A stretch of 62,781 nucleotides of DNA, counting the filler, from Globobulimina sp. (Eukaryota), in assembly GCA_003354225.1 (NCBI GenBank). It is 31 parts of 31 records of this genome, joined end to end, with 100 filler letters (N's around TTAATTAATTAA, not from the genome) between each part and the next. Parts side by side here need not be neighbours in the genome. Positions count along the whole stretch, not along the records: positions 10,148 to 12,076 come from PIVH01010486.1; positions 12,177 to 14,105 come from PIVH01010487.1; positions 14,206 to 16,134 come from PIVH01010488.1; positions 16,235 to 18,163 come from PIVH01010489.1; positions 18,264 to 20,192 come from PIVH01010490.1; positions 20,293 to 22,221 come from PIVH01010491.1; 25 more parts are not named here. One strand, given 5' to 3'. How positions within the stretch are numbered: position 1 is the stretch's first letter; every line of letters starts with the position of its first letter. A program made the translations under genes and the position numbers. Shown in pieces: positions 10,048-21,341 of the stretch. Below the pieces are notes generated by a model. The model was not told the DNA's origin and ran no database searches. It saw only the letters and a list, made by a program, of their open reading frames with translations.

Positions 10048-10147
10048 NNNNNNNNNNNNNNNNNNNNNNNNNNNNNNNNNNNNNNNNNNNNTTAATTAAT
10101 TAANNNNNNNNNNNNNNNNNNNNNNNNNNNNNNNNNNNNNNNNNNNN

Positions 10148-10296
10148 GTGAATATTGTCGTGTTTGAACAATATGATGATGGACATGTCATTGAATACAA
10201 GTCTGAGGTGTCTCCATTGCCGATATTCAATGATATTTCCCCTATAATGCATTTAATGCATAATAGTACGATATATGTTATTAGATAGGTTGCCAT
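10148..10296 (-). CDS. Secreted protein N-terminus, 3' partial
   Basis: MATYLITYIVLLCIKCIIG is signal-peptide-like and the frame is open to the contig edge. Confidence 0.45.
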
Positions 10297-10347
10297 CTTT
10301 TAAGTAAAGTAATTAAAATCCTCAAACCAAGTCAACATCTAAGCAAC

Positions 10348-11031
10348 ATGGCAGATGCTGAAGAAATTGCTGGCCAAGCATACATTTTGTATGTAAAAGA
10401 GAAAGGACACCAACCTAAAAATGCGTCTCAATTAATAAATTTTTGCAAATTCCGTAAACCGCCAATTGTTGGCGTAAAATATTCGACCGCCAGAGGTGTA
10501 GTGTCTAATCCACCCGATATGAATAAAGTGAATGATGAAGAAAAGATTGAACATGAAAATGAAGAAAACAATAAAATTGTAAATATAGATTCAGAAAATG
10601 CGAATGAGAATGATAATGAGAATGAGAATATATTTGTATCCAACCAGGCAGAACAAAATAAAACAGAAGAAAAGAAACAAGGAATGGCTCCCGCATCAAA
10701 TCCCTATTTGGATGCATCAGTGACCTATAATTTTTTGACAGCAGATGAATCTCAAAAATTTATAGAAAAATATGAAAAACCTAAAACAAAAAGTAACATT
10801 GCCAGTGCATGCGATCAATTTCGTGATAAAATGGGCTTTAATCCGAGGAATGCAATACAATTTTTAGGATTTTGTGAGCAGAATAATATAAAGTGTACTT
10901 ATTCAGAATGTAGTCAATACATTCAATTTATAAAGAAACAGAATCCAGAGGAAGAGAGCGATAGCGATGCTGAGTATGATGAAGAGGAGGACGGTGATGT
11001 TGGTTATGGAATATATGATTATCAAAAATAA
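10348..11031 (+). CDS. Hypothetical protein with a duplicated P.NA.Q...FC module and acidic tail
   Basis: Complete 227-aa ORF. GHQPKNASQLINFCK aligns with GFNPRNAIQFLGFCE. Confidence 0.7.
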   Translation: MADAEEIAGQAYILYVKEKGHQPKNASQLINFCKFRKPPIVGVKYSTARGVVSNPPDMNKVNDEEKIEHENEENNKIVNIDSENANENDNENENIFVSNQAEQNKTEEKKQGMAPASNPYLDASVTYNFLTADESQKFIEKYEKPKTKSNIASACDQFRDKMGFNPRNAIQFLGFCEQNNIKCTYSECSQYIQFIKKQNPEEESDSDAEYDEEEDGDVGYGIYDYQK

Positions 11032-11207
11032 TTAATGTAAAATTGTAAAAATGTATTATATTCGTTTCGCTTTTAATTTTATAGTTAAATTCCAGTTTTT
11101 TTTAATCATAAAAACATGAAACCTCTGCGATAAAAGCTGTTCTTTGATAATTTACATTTTTTAAAGTTTTGAAGTTTTTTGCTAAAGTCAGTGTTGTGTA
11201 TCATGAA

Positions 11208-12076
11208 ATGGAAACATTTTTAGAGTACACACGTATTATTGCATCAATCGTACTTTGTATTTGGAATGGAACTTTATTTTTATTTTTTATATTCAAATCA
11301 TTGAAAACTGAAACCAAAATATATACTCCAATCTTAGTATTTTCATGTATCGCGTTTGGTGGTTGGTTTATATCTCATATGTTATGGTCAATCAAATATA
11401 TTCATTATCCGAATCAAACTCACATGTTATTAATTGTTATAGGCGCACTATTATTTAATATATCGGTGTTGTCTTTTTATATCGTCTATGTATTATGGAG
11501 TTATTCAACATTTCAAAATTCAGTATATGCTATAAATAAATGTGTAATTATTCTTCATTTATCCATTGCAATATTCCTATCTGTATCGGGTGCAATGGGT
11601 TTTTTTTTAATTCACGTATTTAAACATGATAGTTTATCGTCATTATTATCAGCTATCTTTGTATTAATATTTTTAATTGGGATGTTTCTTCTTTTAATAT
11701 CTATGAATAAAAAGTTGTATGCTATGTTTAAACGTTCTGTCATTGAATCTAACAATACAATGCATGATCGGCAAGAATCAAACGCATTAATTGATGTTAT
11801 TAAACGAATCAGTGTATTATTAGGATTTTATACATTTGTTATTGTAATTTATATGATTGAGACTGCAATTTATGGCTTGTTTTTTAGTGATTCCACTTTG
11901 TTAGCTATTATAGATTGGTTCTTATATTCAATTGCTGTGCTTGCAAGTACAACTTGTACATTTTTAACATTTAAGATGAATGAACAATTATATTTAATAA
12001 TATGTCGACAATGCGATACAAAATGTATTGTATTGTGTAGTAAAATTGCACGAAAACAAGAACCATCAATACCAAC
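11208..12076 (+). CDS. Seven-transmembrane (GPCR-like) protein, 3' partial
   Basis: About 7 hydrophobic segments followed by a Cys-rich helix (CRQCDTKC..C). ATG at 11208. Confidence 0.65.
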
Positions 12077-12176
12077 NNNNNNNNNNNNNNNNNNNNNNNN
12101 NNNNNNNNNNNNNNNNNNNNTTAATTAATTAANNNNNNNNNNNNNNNNNNNNNNNNNNNNNNNNNNNNNNNNNNNN

Positions 12177-13017
12177 TCATCTGCGCCAATCGCAATTCTC
12201 CCACATAATAATCAAACTTTTCAGAGCCAAACATGATTTGGAAAAAAGCGCTCGAATCAATGACGGGAATGATGTCTTTCATCCCATCCGCGCCGCCAAT
12301 GTCGTATCGTTGCCGCAATTGCGGGTCAGACAAGACCTGATACGCTGCGCTGAGTTCTTGGAACAGTTTGTGATATTTCTCAGCTTCATTCGGGTGTTTA
12401 TCTGGATGCAAAACACGCGCTTTCTTGTAATAAGCGCGTTTGATGTCTGCTGCCGATGCATTGCTATCAATGTCCAGCAGGTCGTAATACGCAGTGTCTT
12501 TGACGGTGACTGCCGTTTGTTTCTCTTCTTTTTGCTGATCGTTTCCATGCTGTTTGTCCAAGATATGCTGTGCTTCTTTTTTCAAGTCATAAGTGTACCA
12601 TTCCCGTTTGTTTTGGTCCCATTCCTGGTTCGCTTTGGATTTCTTGATGGCTGCGGGTGTGTTGATAACGCCGCGTCCAATTTGATAGAGACCGGTGGCG
12701 ATTCCGCCGACTGGCAAAGCGACCGCGGCAATGAGACCCAGACCGAGGCCTTTGCCGAAACCAGAAAGTCCGCCTTCCCGAGCACCTGCGATTGGCGCTG
12801 CGATGGCCGTGGCCAGGCCGGCTCCAATGCCTTTGCCTACGTTTTGGAGGCCGCTGGATAAGCCGGCACTGAAATCTTTTGGTTTACGAGTGGAAAAGAG
12901 TTGGAATGATTGATCGTCACCGTTGCCGCCATTCTCCAGTGCCAGAGCGCCGGTGGGGTGGTCGTACGCAGAAGGGACTGTTTGATTGTCCTTCTCTTCT
13001 TTGTATGGTTGGGCCAT
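12177..13017 (-). CDS. DnaJ-domain chaperone of the DNAJ-X type (ATJ10/Djp1/Caj1-like), 3' partial
   Basis: J-domain KDTAYYDLL...LHPDKHP...FQELSAAYQVLSDPQLRQRYD, followed by FQIMFGSEKFDYYVGEL. Gly-rich N-terminal region. Confidence 0.9.
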
Positions 13018-13179
13018 GGTGTTACTGCAACTTCAAACGTTTTTCATCGCTATAAAAAGGAGCAAATAATTCGATCATAATTCAAAACACAGCTACCTGA
13101 TGAAAGAGAATTTCGATCAGAAATATCCAGCGAATACAATTTAAATTTAAGCTACTACTAATATCCAGCTACTACTAAT

Positions 13180-13430
13180 TGTGAATTTTTTTCACGTAAA
13201 ATCGTAAAACGTATGTATTAAATTGTATTTTCAGTGACAATTAGTTGATTTGTAAATATTTATAATAATATGATATTAATCATGACTTAATAATGTTTGT
13301 CGTATTTATGGATCGAGGAAATTATATTTAAGTAATTTGGATAAGAATGAAATGATTTGAGATCTCCATACAAAGTGCGGCTGTAACCAATAGTTTAATA
13401 ATGATGCAACAATTATGTGCTATTATATGT
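13180..13430 (+). repeat. Internally deleted dispersed copy of the retroelement region in contig 4061-5989
   Basis: 13180-13305 aligns to 4395-4522 and 13306-13430 aligns to 4710-4835, with long identical blocks such as GATTTGTAAATATTTATAATAATATGATA and CCATACAAAGTGCGGCTGTAA. Confidence 0.88.
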
Positions 13431-14205
13431 GCATGTTACCATACACATATTTAATAATTCCCTTGTGTGAAAAGTAGTAGCGTGAGTTTTTGAGTGTGTC
13501 TGTGCGGCACTATAGATTTAAATATCAGCTGTGCGGCATATATTTCAGTCGCCAGTTCCCATTGATATTTGGGTTCACCATTTATTGGATGGACACTTTG
13601 GAATGTCCCGCTGTTGTCTATGAAGGCAAGTGGAATAGAGCGGGATTTAAAGGAAGTGTTTCTGTCACTGATGGCTATATTGTTTATTATTGTGGTTCAT
13701 ATTCGCGTCCATATTCATTTGGGAATATTTTTGTTTCCTTAAAATTGAATTAAATATTTGCATACTTTAGAACATCGAGTTGCTTCTCCAAAAACTTAAT
13801 AAGGAACTAGTTGGACAGAGGTAGTGTGTCCAGAACAAAGTCTTAAAATGCTATTTTCTGCTATACAGTGTATACATAATTATTAGTAAAAAAAAAAGTA
13901 CGTGAATCAATACAAATGAATCACTGCGAATTAAAAACTTAGCCGTAAACAAAAAACGTTCGCAGTGATTCAAATCAATACAAATATATACAAACTAAAG
14001 GTTGTAAATCGGCAAAAAAGAAATTAATTTGCCTCTTATTTCTTTAGTGTACTCTATGCCGTGCCTGTGGATGTGGCCACAAATAAAACAATAAATGTAA
14101 CAGTTNNNNNNNNNNNNNNNNNNNNNNNNNNNNNNNNNNNNNNNNNNNNTTAATTAATTAANNNNNNNNNNNNNNNNNNNNNNNNNNNNNNNNNNNNNNN
14201 NNNNN

Positions 14206-15185
14206 GGCCTGATATTTGGTTAGAAAGTAATTCGGTTTCCGCGATTTGGCGTCGTTCGGAGTGGGCCGCACAGTCTCACTATTTATCCACGCATAGAATT
14301 TCTTCATATGCGGTATCGATCTGTGGATAGAAAAAAAAAGTGATTTATACATGGATGCATTCAAAATGTCAAAGTCCGTAACTTTTGTAGCAGCGCAGTG
14401 GAATACATATAATCAAATTTAATATTGTAATAATCCCATTTCACGTCGCTTGTAATTGGATAATCCGCCCAATATCGAATATGTTCCGCTTGTTCCGAAT
14501 GGAATTTTGTCTCTGGCACATTGGCAGAGCGGTAATACCAAAACAAAAACTGTACGAAATGGCAAAGTCTGACAATTAGAAATGGCAAACATTCATATTC
14601 ATATAACATACATTGACGACGATAGTTTGTCCATCGACTTCCAACTGATCGGAGGACCATTTATTGATTTCAGCGTAAAACTGATCCGCAACCAATTGTT
14701 GCTGCGGTCTTTTTGCTGATAAACAGGCTTGGAATGCTTTTGTAATCTGCGCTGTTGGGATTTTCTCGATTTTATCCCCTTTGCGAGTGCCATTGGCCGT
14801 GGATAGTTTGGGAGTGATCTGTGGGAAAAGCGCTCCTTTGGTTGCATTCAATCCATTGCTGCCTTTGGTGTTTAATGATTTCCCTTTTGTTGTTGTTCGT
14901 TTCTGCAATGTTTTGTGTAAGAAATATCCAGAAATTTCAATTAGATTTTTTTTTAAATGCAATATGGAATATGGTAACTTTATGAGCTGACGATAGGCGG
15001 ACCACAGCAGTTGATATTAATGCCATGGCAGAGACTGTTAATCCAACTTTTTGTGGAACACTCAATCGCGTCACAGCGTTGTAAGCATTATCAAAGTATG
15101 ATGGTTCTGTGTTGGTTGTTTCTTTGTTTGTAGGTTCACCTTTTAACCGTTTAGTCCGTGTGGTGCGGGGTTTTTGTGTTGTCAT
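14206..15185 (-). CDS. Multi-exon hypothetical protein with an N-proximal TM segment, 3' partial
   Basis: Intron 14978-14903 (GTTACC..GCAG) is in frame. Further plausible introns at about 14611-14549 and about 14381-14321 join the four short ORFs. Confidence 0.55.
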
Positions 15186-16234
15186 GATTTGAAGTTTGAA
15201 GAAAAAAGCTTGATTTTGAAGTTTTTTTTAGTTAACTACCGTTATTTTCGTGTACGGATTTTGTGGTAGCGATCATTAAAGGAGGCATGCTATTTAATTT
15301 TTGAATAACGCCAATTATATTAGTTTTAAAATGGAATATAACTCCGGATTTACTAGAAACACTATCTAGCAAATTAATTTTATATAAATGTGAAATTAAA
15401 GTAACACAAATTGCGTAATTAAATGCGTAATAAATATGTACAATAAACATTAATTATTGGAAGAGGAGAGTCATAGGCATAGGCACTGCAAAATCTGTAT
15501 AAAAAATACATGCAAAATATGCATTATATAAATGCGTACAAAAAACTAAACTCCCAAAACAGTATTGAATATTAACAGGTATCAACGAACAGGTATTCCC
15601 AACGGTTCTCATTGGCGAATTTCTTATTTCTATTTATATTACAAATTAAAAAAAGATGTGCATATTTCTATTTATATTATGTATATTATCATAAACATAA
15701 ACACAACATACTTCTGACTGCATATGGTATGCCTCGATGCGCCCAATATCCACCAACAGGTTGCAATCGATTATGATGCATATTCGCATTATGCATAACA
15801 TGATAATTATTTGTATACACTGTACAATCATTTTGCAACAATCGATTTGTGTTCAAAGAATATGTGGGTTTATATACATTATTCTTTTGTACATTGTGTC
15901 CGCAATTGCTGACATTACAAAGCTGTGCTAATTTTTCTCGTAATTTATTAATTACTGCTTTCCCAACACCGGTATGTCGATTATGTGCATTTCGTCGTAC
16001 CGTCAATATCCATTCATTTATATTCAATGAACGGTCTAATTTGAAAAAATAAATTTGTAATTGCGGACAGGATATAATTGTGCTACTATTAATCAATGGC
16101 ATTTCTTTCGTATTTGAAAATTTGACAGTTGCATNNNNNNNNNNNNNNNNNNNNNNNNNNNNNNNNNNNNNNNNNNNNTTAATTAATTAANNNNNNNNNN
16201 NNNNNNNNNNNNNNNNNNNNNNNNNNNNNNNNNN

Positions 16235-17798
16235 CACATCTTCCTCTTTTAAATGAAATATATTCGCCACACTCTTTGTAACATCACCTTCTTTGTCTCC
16301 TTCTTTATTATAACTACGAAGTCCAAAATAAAACAACGCAATAAACGGTGTCCAATCCGCGTCACTATGCGTCGCGTCACACATTTTAAACGCTGCACTT
16401 AAGCCTGATTTCAATTCACTTTCTGGATATAAACTGTCCCCAACATTGTCGCCATCAACATCACCAACACTCACATCTTCTTTTTTGTTTTTTATGCGAG
16501 TGCTGCGTCTCTTTGGTGCCACCTCCTCCTCATTTTCCTGCTCCTTATCCTCAGCGGCATCGCCATTCATAGCTTCCTCATATTTGCGTTTGCGACCACG
16601 CTTATTTTTCGGTGCTGGTTTTGCATCGGATCCACTCTCCGATGTTGAGGCAACGCTTGGTTTGCGACCTCTTCTTCGCACGGTTTTCTTCTGTTTTTCA
16701 ACCGGCGATTTCTGATTTTTTGCCTTTGCGCTCCGCAATGAACTTTTTCTCTGTTTTTATAGCGTTGTTATAACGTTTTTGCTGCGCAAAAATATAGTTT
16801 GTTACATACCACATTCGCAGCTTCATCGATATTGCTTTTATTGTCGTCATCAATTGGTTCTAATTCGGGTGCTTCGGAGGTATCCATTTTCTTTTTACGT
16901 TTTGCACTTTTGGTGGTTTTGGCGGCTTGCTTTTTTTTGATGGCTTTTTTCCGTTTCTTGGTGGTTTTGGGCTTTGCCGGTGGTTTGTTATCGGTGTTGT
17001 CATTGTCGTCGTTGTTTGCATATTGCTGCCTCAATGCATTTTTTTCTTCGTAATCTAAGGCAGTTTGGGCCGCATTGACGCCGCGTTCTTGGCAAATTTG
17101 TAAATGAGTGGTGTTTGCATTGTCCATTGAATCTTGGAATGACTCTAAGTCCTCATCTTCAACTTCCACACAAATCCGATCGCGCTCGTCGGGGTCCCAT
17201 GGGATGACATTTACCAATTTACAATCGTTGCTGTGGGTTATTTAAGTGTGTGTGGTTGACATGGCATGATTTTCAAGTAAGGGTTTTCAAAGTTTTTTTT
17301 TTGTTGACATAATTTTATAAAATTGTATGTAATATAATTTACATACATTTCGCCACTATAATCACCAAACCATTTCACTCTGATTGTTTTCTTTGATTTT
17401 TTGCTTTTACGTCTGCGGGAATTGGTGCTCTCAATCTCGACCTGACCAGGCCACCATGGAAAATCTTGATATTTGGCCCATACACAATCGCCATCTTGAT
17501 ATTTCTGGTTGGGATTCCCTTCAATATTTACGATGTCTTGTTCTTGAGACAAATCTTTGTTGCTTGTGTTGTTTCGTAATTTGTTTTTATAATCCTCTTG
17601 TTGTTCTACATCGGATGTTGCCATTTCTGATGCTTCTGAGGCTTCAGATACTTCATCGTCTTCTTCCTTTTCTTCTGCTTGTTCTTGTTCGGTTTCTTCC
17701 ACTTCGGGCTCTGGTTCTGGCTCTGACTCTGGCTCTGGTTCTTCATTTGTTGATTTCTTGGATTTAATACGCGATGAACGACGTCTTACTGTTGACAT
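16235..17798 (-). CDS. PWWP-domain chromatin protein, multi-exon, 3' partial
   Basis: YQDGDCVWAKYQDFPWWPGQV...IRVKWFGDY. Intron 17346-17231 is in frame, and there are acidic and basic low-complexity tracts. Confidence 0.85.
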
Positions 17799-18263
17799 TG
17801 TACAATTACTTGGAGTTACCTGAGACAGTTTTTTTGCGAATTTGCGTGAAATTTGAAATTTGAAAAAGCAATGCACGAACTGTAATAAGTTGACGAATCA
17901 AAACATTCAGATTTATCTCAGGGATTATATGTGTTCACATTTCGGAGAATTTTGTTCGCATTTCTACAGACGAATGATCTGTACACAAAGATTTTGCAGT
18001 TTTTCTTGCCTAAGTTGTTTAAGATAATGAATTTTGTTGGTCGTTTTACGAAACCATATAAAAGGTTATTTGAGAAAGACGCGGTCGATAAGCAATCGGA
18101 TGGAATATTATTATTATATGCACCAATTTTTGCATTGATACTCGGTATATTGCTACAAATAAGNNNNNNNNNNNNNNNNNNNNNNNNNNNNNNNNNNNNN
18201 NNNNNNNTTAATTAATTAANNNNNNNNNNNNNNNNNNNNNNNNNNNNNNNNNNNNNNNNNNNN

Positions 18264-19352
18264 CATGTTATCAATTTCGATGACAAAATTACAATAAAAA
18301 TATTACTCTGTAAATAATAAATATTTTTATAATTTTGGAAAAGGAAAAAGGTAATGAATAAAGTAAAAAGTGGTCAAGATGGAACATTGGGGCGTAACGC
18401 AATAAAACATTGGCTTTGGTTGAGTTCTGAATATAATTTAGTTAAGGAGAAAAATCACACAAAATACAAATTTATAAATGATTTTTACAAAGCAAATGGA
18501 TTGAAGAGACAAAATTTTTTAAAATACTATAATCGCTTTCAAAATACTAAAAATACAACCTCTTTTTTACCACAGAAAAGAGGACCTAGATATAAAATAA
18601 AAAGAACAGTTCCTTTTATTGAAAATAAAGCTATAATGCTTAGAAATAAAGGACTTAATCGCTTTGAAATATACACCGAATTAGAACAAAAATATAAAAA
18701 ATTTGCACCTAAACCATCAACAGTATATAATATTTTTAAACGAAATAATTTAAATAGGTTAAAACCAAAAATGAAACAAAATAAACGAAGGATTATAAAA
18801 CAAAAAGCAGGTGAGTTAGGACATATTGATTGCTATTATCTCCCAAAAGGAATTATTGAAAGCAATTCTAAACGATATTACCTAGTTGCAATCGTTGATT
18901 CTTGCACTAGGATTGCTTGGATAGAGGTTGTTGAAAATATAAGATCTTTGACTGTGATGTTTTCCGTTTTAAAGATGTTTAATATGATAAAAATGGAATA
19001 TAATATAGGTTTTTCTGAAGTCTTAACAGATAATGGATCAGAGTTTGGTTCTGGGAAACTGGCTAAAAATAAAGATACTAACCCGTTTGAAAGAATGCTA
19101 TTTGAGCTCGGAGTTAAACACAGATATACGCGTCCATATCGTCCACAAACAAATGGCAAGGTCGAGCGATTTTGGAAAACAATAAATGATGACTTGCTTG
19201 ATGAGGTCGTTTTTGATAGTATTGAGCATCTAAAAGACGAGGTTTTGCAGTATGTTGTGTACTATAACGAAGCTCGTCTGCATCAGGGGATTGATGGTCA
19301 AACTCCTGCTAATTTTTTGAAAAATCTGTCATCGAAATAGTTGACTTGTACA
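18264..19352 (+). mobile_element. IS481-family insertion sequence (left end clipped by about 4 nt at the contig start)
   Basis: Right IR 19327-19352 (TGTCATCGAAATAGTTGACTTGTACA, ending in ACA) matches left IR 18264-18285 (CATGTTATCAATTTCGATGACA) at 17/22 positions. Confidence 0.85.
18354..19340 (+). CDS. IS481-family DDE transposase (rve integrase core)
   Basis: GELGHIDC, VAIVDSCTR, VLTDNGSEF, TRPYRPQTNGKVERFWKT and YNEARLHQG motifs. 328 aa, single ORF. Confidence 0.92.
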   Translation: MNKVKSGQDGTLGRNAIKHWLWLSSEYNLVKEKNHTKYKFINDFYKANGLKRQNFLKYYNRFQNTKNTTSFLPQKRGPRYKIKRTVPFIENKAIMLRNKGLNRFEIYTELEQKYKKFAPKPSTVYNIFKRNNLNRLKPKMKQNKRRIIKQKAGELGHIDCYYLPKGIIESNSKRYYLVAIVDSCTRIAWIEVVENIRSLTVMFSVLKMFNMIKMEYNIGFSEVLTDNGSEFGSGKLAKNKDTNPFERMLFELGVKHRYTRPYRPQTNGKVERFWKTINDDLLDEVVFDSIEHLKDEVLQYVVYYNEARLHQGIDGQTPANFLKNLSSK

Positions 19353-19421
19353 GGAATGACAGGTGGATAGTACAGAATAATAATGTTACAGTGAAAAGTG
19401 CAAATATTATAGGAAACAAAA

Positions 19422-20147
19422 ATGATAAAAGTAAAAAACATAAGTAAAAGTTTTGATGACATTGTGGCAGTGGATAATATTTCTTTTTCTGTGAAAGCAG
19501 GAGAGATAGTTGGTTTACTTGGAGCAAATGGTGCTGGGAAATCTACGACTATGAAAATTCTGTCAACATTCTTGAAGCCCGATTCTGGTACTGCTGAAAT
19601 TTGTGGTTTCGATATTTTAACTCAAGATTTAGATGTTAGAAAAAATATTGGATATATCCCAGAAGGCGTGCCTTTCTATCCCGAAATGTCTCCAAGGCAA
19701 TTGTTACATTTTGTTGCTGATGTTAATTCTATGAAAGAAAATAAGGAGGCAAGAATTGAATCTGTAATAAAAATGACTCGTTTAGAAGGTTCAGTTAATC
19801 AAGCTTTTGCAACTTTATCAAAAGGCTTCAAACATAGGCTTGGGCTGGCTCTTGCGATATTACCGAATCCTTCTGTGTTAATTCTTGACGAACCAACTGA
19901 TGGACTTGATCCGAATCAACGCCATGAAATGAAAGATTTAATTTTATCACTTTCAAAAGAAAAAAAAGCAATTATAATTTCTACTCATTTGTTAAAAGAA
20001 ATTGAAAATATATGCTCGAGAGTTTTGATAATTGATAAAGGGCGTCTTATTTGTGATGAAAAAATAACAGACTTAAAGAAAAAATCTTCAGATGGAAATC
20101 TTGAAGAAATATTTAGAAAAATGACTTCTGAAAAGGATATAAAATAA
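19422..20147 (+). CDS. ABC-2 type transporter ATP-binding protein (GldA-like)
   Basis: Walker A GANGAGKST, signature LSKGFKHR, Walker B LILDEPTDGLDP and H-loop ISTH. Confidence 0.92.
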   Translation: MIKVKNISKSFDDIVAVDNISFSVKAGEIVGLLGANGAGKSTTMKILSTFLKPDSGTAEICGFDILTQDLDVRKNIGYIPEGVPFYPEMSPRQLLHFVADVNSMKENKEARIESVIKMTRLEGSVNQAFATLSKGFKHRLGLALAILPNPSVLILDEPTDGLDPNQRHEMKDLILSLSKEKKAIIISTHLLKEIENICSRVLIIDKGRLICDEKITDLKKKSSDGNLEEIFRKMTSEKDIK

Positions 20148-20192
20148 TGTGTGAAAAATTTGATCCTATAATAAATATTTGTAAAAGAGAGA
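20147..20192 (+). CDS. Start of a probable ABC permease (GldF-like), 3' partial
   Basis: TAATG stop/start overlap. MCEKFDPIINICKRE resembles the I.KRE N-terminus of ABC-2 permeases. Confidence 0.5.
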
Positions 20193-20292
20193 NNNNNNNN
20201 NNNNNNNNNNNNNNNNNNNNNNNNNNNNNNNNNNNNTTAATTAATTAANNNNNNNNNNNNNNNNNNNNNNNNNNNNNNNNNNNNNNNNNNNN

Positions 20293-20707
20293 AAGGAATG
20301 GTGAAACAAAGACTAAAATCACAGCTATTGATACCTCAAATGGTCCCATCAATAAACCATTGGAGAATCCATGGTCCGCACAATATAAACAGAAACAAGC
20401 TCAATTACAACAACAGAAACGGTTGAATGAATTGACAAAAAAGCAACAGCAACCAATTGCAAATAATAATATGTTTGATATGATGCAAATGATGAATGGA
20501 ATGAATAATAATCAACAAAATAATAACAATCAATCAGGATTTATGAATGGAATAAATAATAATCAACAAACGTATGTGGTTCAATTGAGAGTGTTGAGAG
20601 CTATGGGATATAATGATGAACAAAAAAATATCAATGCATTGATTGCAACTGGAGGCAATGTTAATGCTGCAATACAATATTTATCCGACAACAACGAAAC
20701 AAAATAG
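20293..20707 (+). CDS. C-terminal fragment ending in a ubiquilin-type UBA domain
   Basis: TYVVQLRVLRAMGYNDEQKNINALIATGGNVNAAIQYL, preceded by a Q/N/M-rich linker. Confidence 0.8.
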
Positions 20708-20768
20708 TCTCAAAGTTATAAATTATATTAAAAGTGTTTTATTGACAAACGCCAAGTTGTAGTTAGTA

Positions 20769-21268
20769 TTATAAATTATGTTTATTTCTACATTGCTTTT
20801 TTTGATGTCGATTACGAGTGGAGTCATCCTTAAATTTGCATGAGAATGGTTTTTCTTTATAATGTATCCGATTTATATGCCTGTTTAAATCACCGTTCCT
20901 GGAAATTGATTTCTTAGTATTTTGAAGAATTTCTTTTGTATGCGTCCTTTCGTGTGCTTTCAACCTCGTTGTTGCAGTAAATCTCTTTGAACAATAACCA
21001 CAGCCATATTGACCATCATTTGTATGTATCTCACTAATATGCATATGAACTCTGAGGTGGCCCTGCTGTGCAAATGATTTATCACAACCATTACATTTGA
21101 ATTTGAGAGTATTTCATTTAACTGACATTCTTTCATTATATCAATGTTATACATTGACAATCCTCGATTATTCCAATAATGTTTAAATTCTGGAGCATTC
21201 AAGAATATATTCAGATGCTTCTTCCATTTACATTTCGCTGCTTCACGAAGTTGTGAGATGGACTGCAT
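20769..21268 (-). pseudogene. C2H2 zinc-finger gene, frameshifted and degenerate
   Basis: CGYCSKRF...HERTHT and HINRIHYKEKPFSC remnants, split across two frames with incomplete fingers. Confidence 0.6.
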
Positions 21269-21341
21269 TGAAAATCAAAATATCGAGAAAATGTCTAAAA
21301 TAACATCAATTTAAAAGTTTCATGAAGTCGATAGTTCGCAC

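Noticed and set aside
12238-12913. Plus-strand ORFs of 207 and 72 aa, and similar antisense ORFs over lipin, Exo70 and PWWP
   Set aside because: They lie fully antisense to well-supported genes and have no motifs.
15689-16102. 137-aa ORF as a real gene or transposase remnant
   Set aside because: No recognisable motif, and several overlapping short ORFs on both strands. It cannot be supported.
19341-19384. Hybrid promoter from an outward TTGACT in the IS481 right end
   Set aside because: No acceptable -10 at 17 +/- 1 nt from TTGACT.
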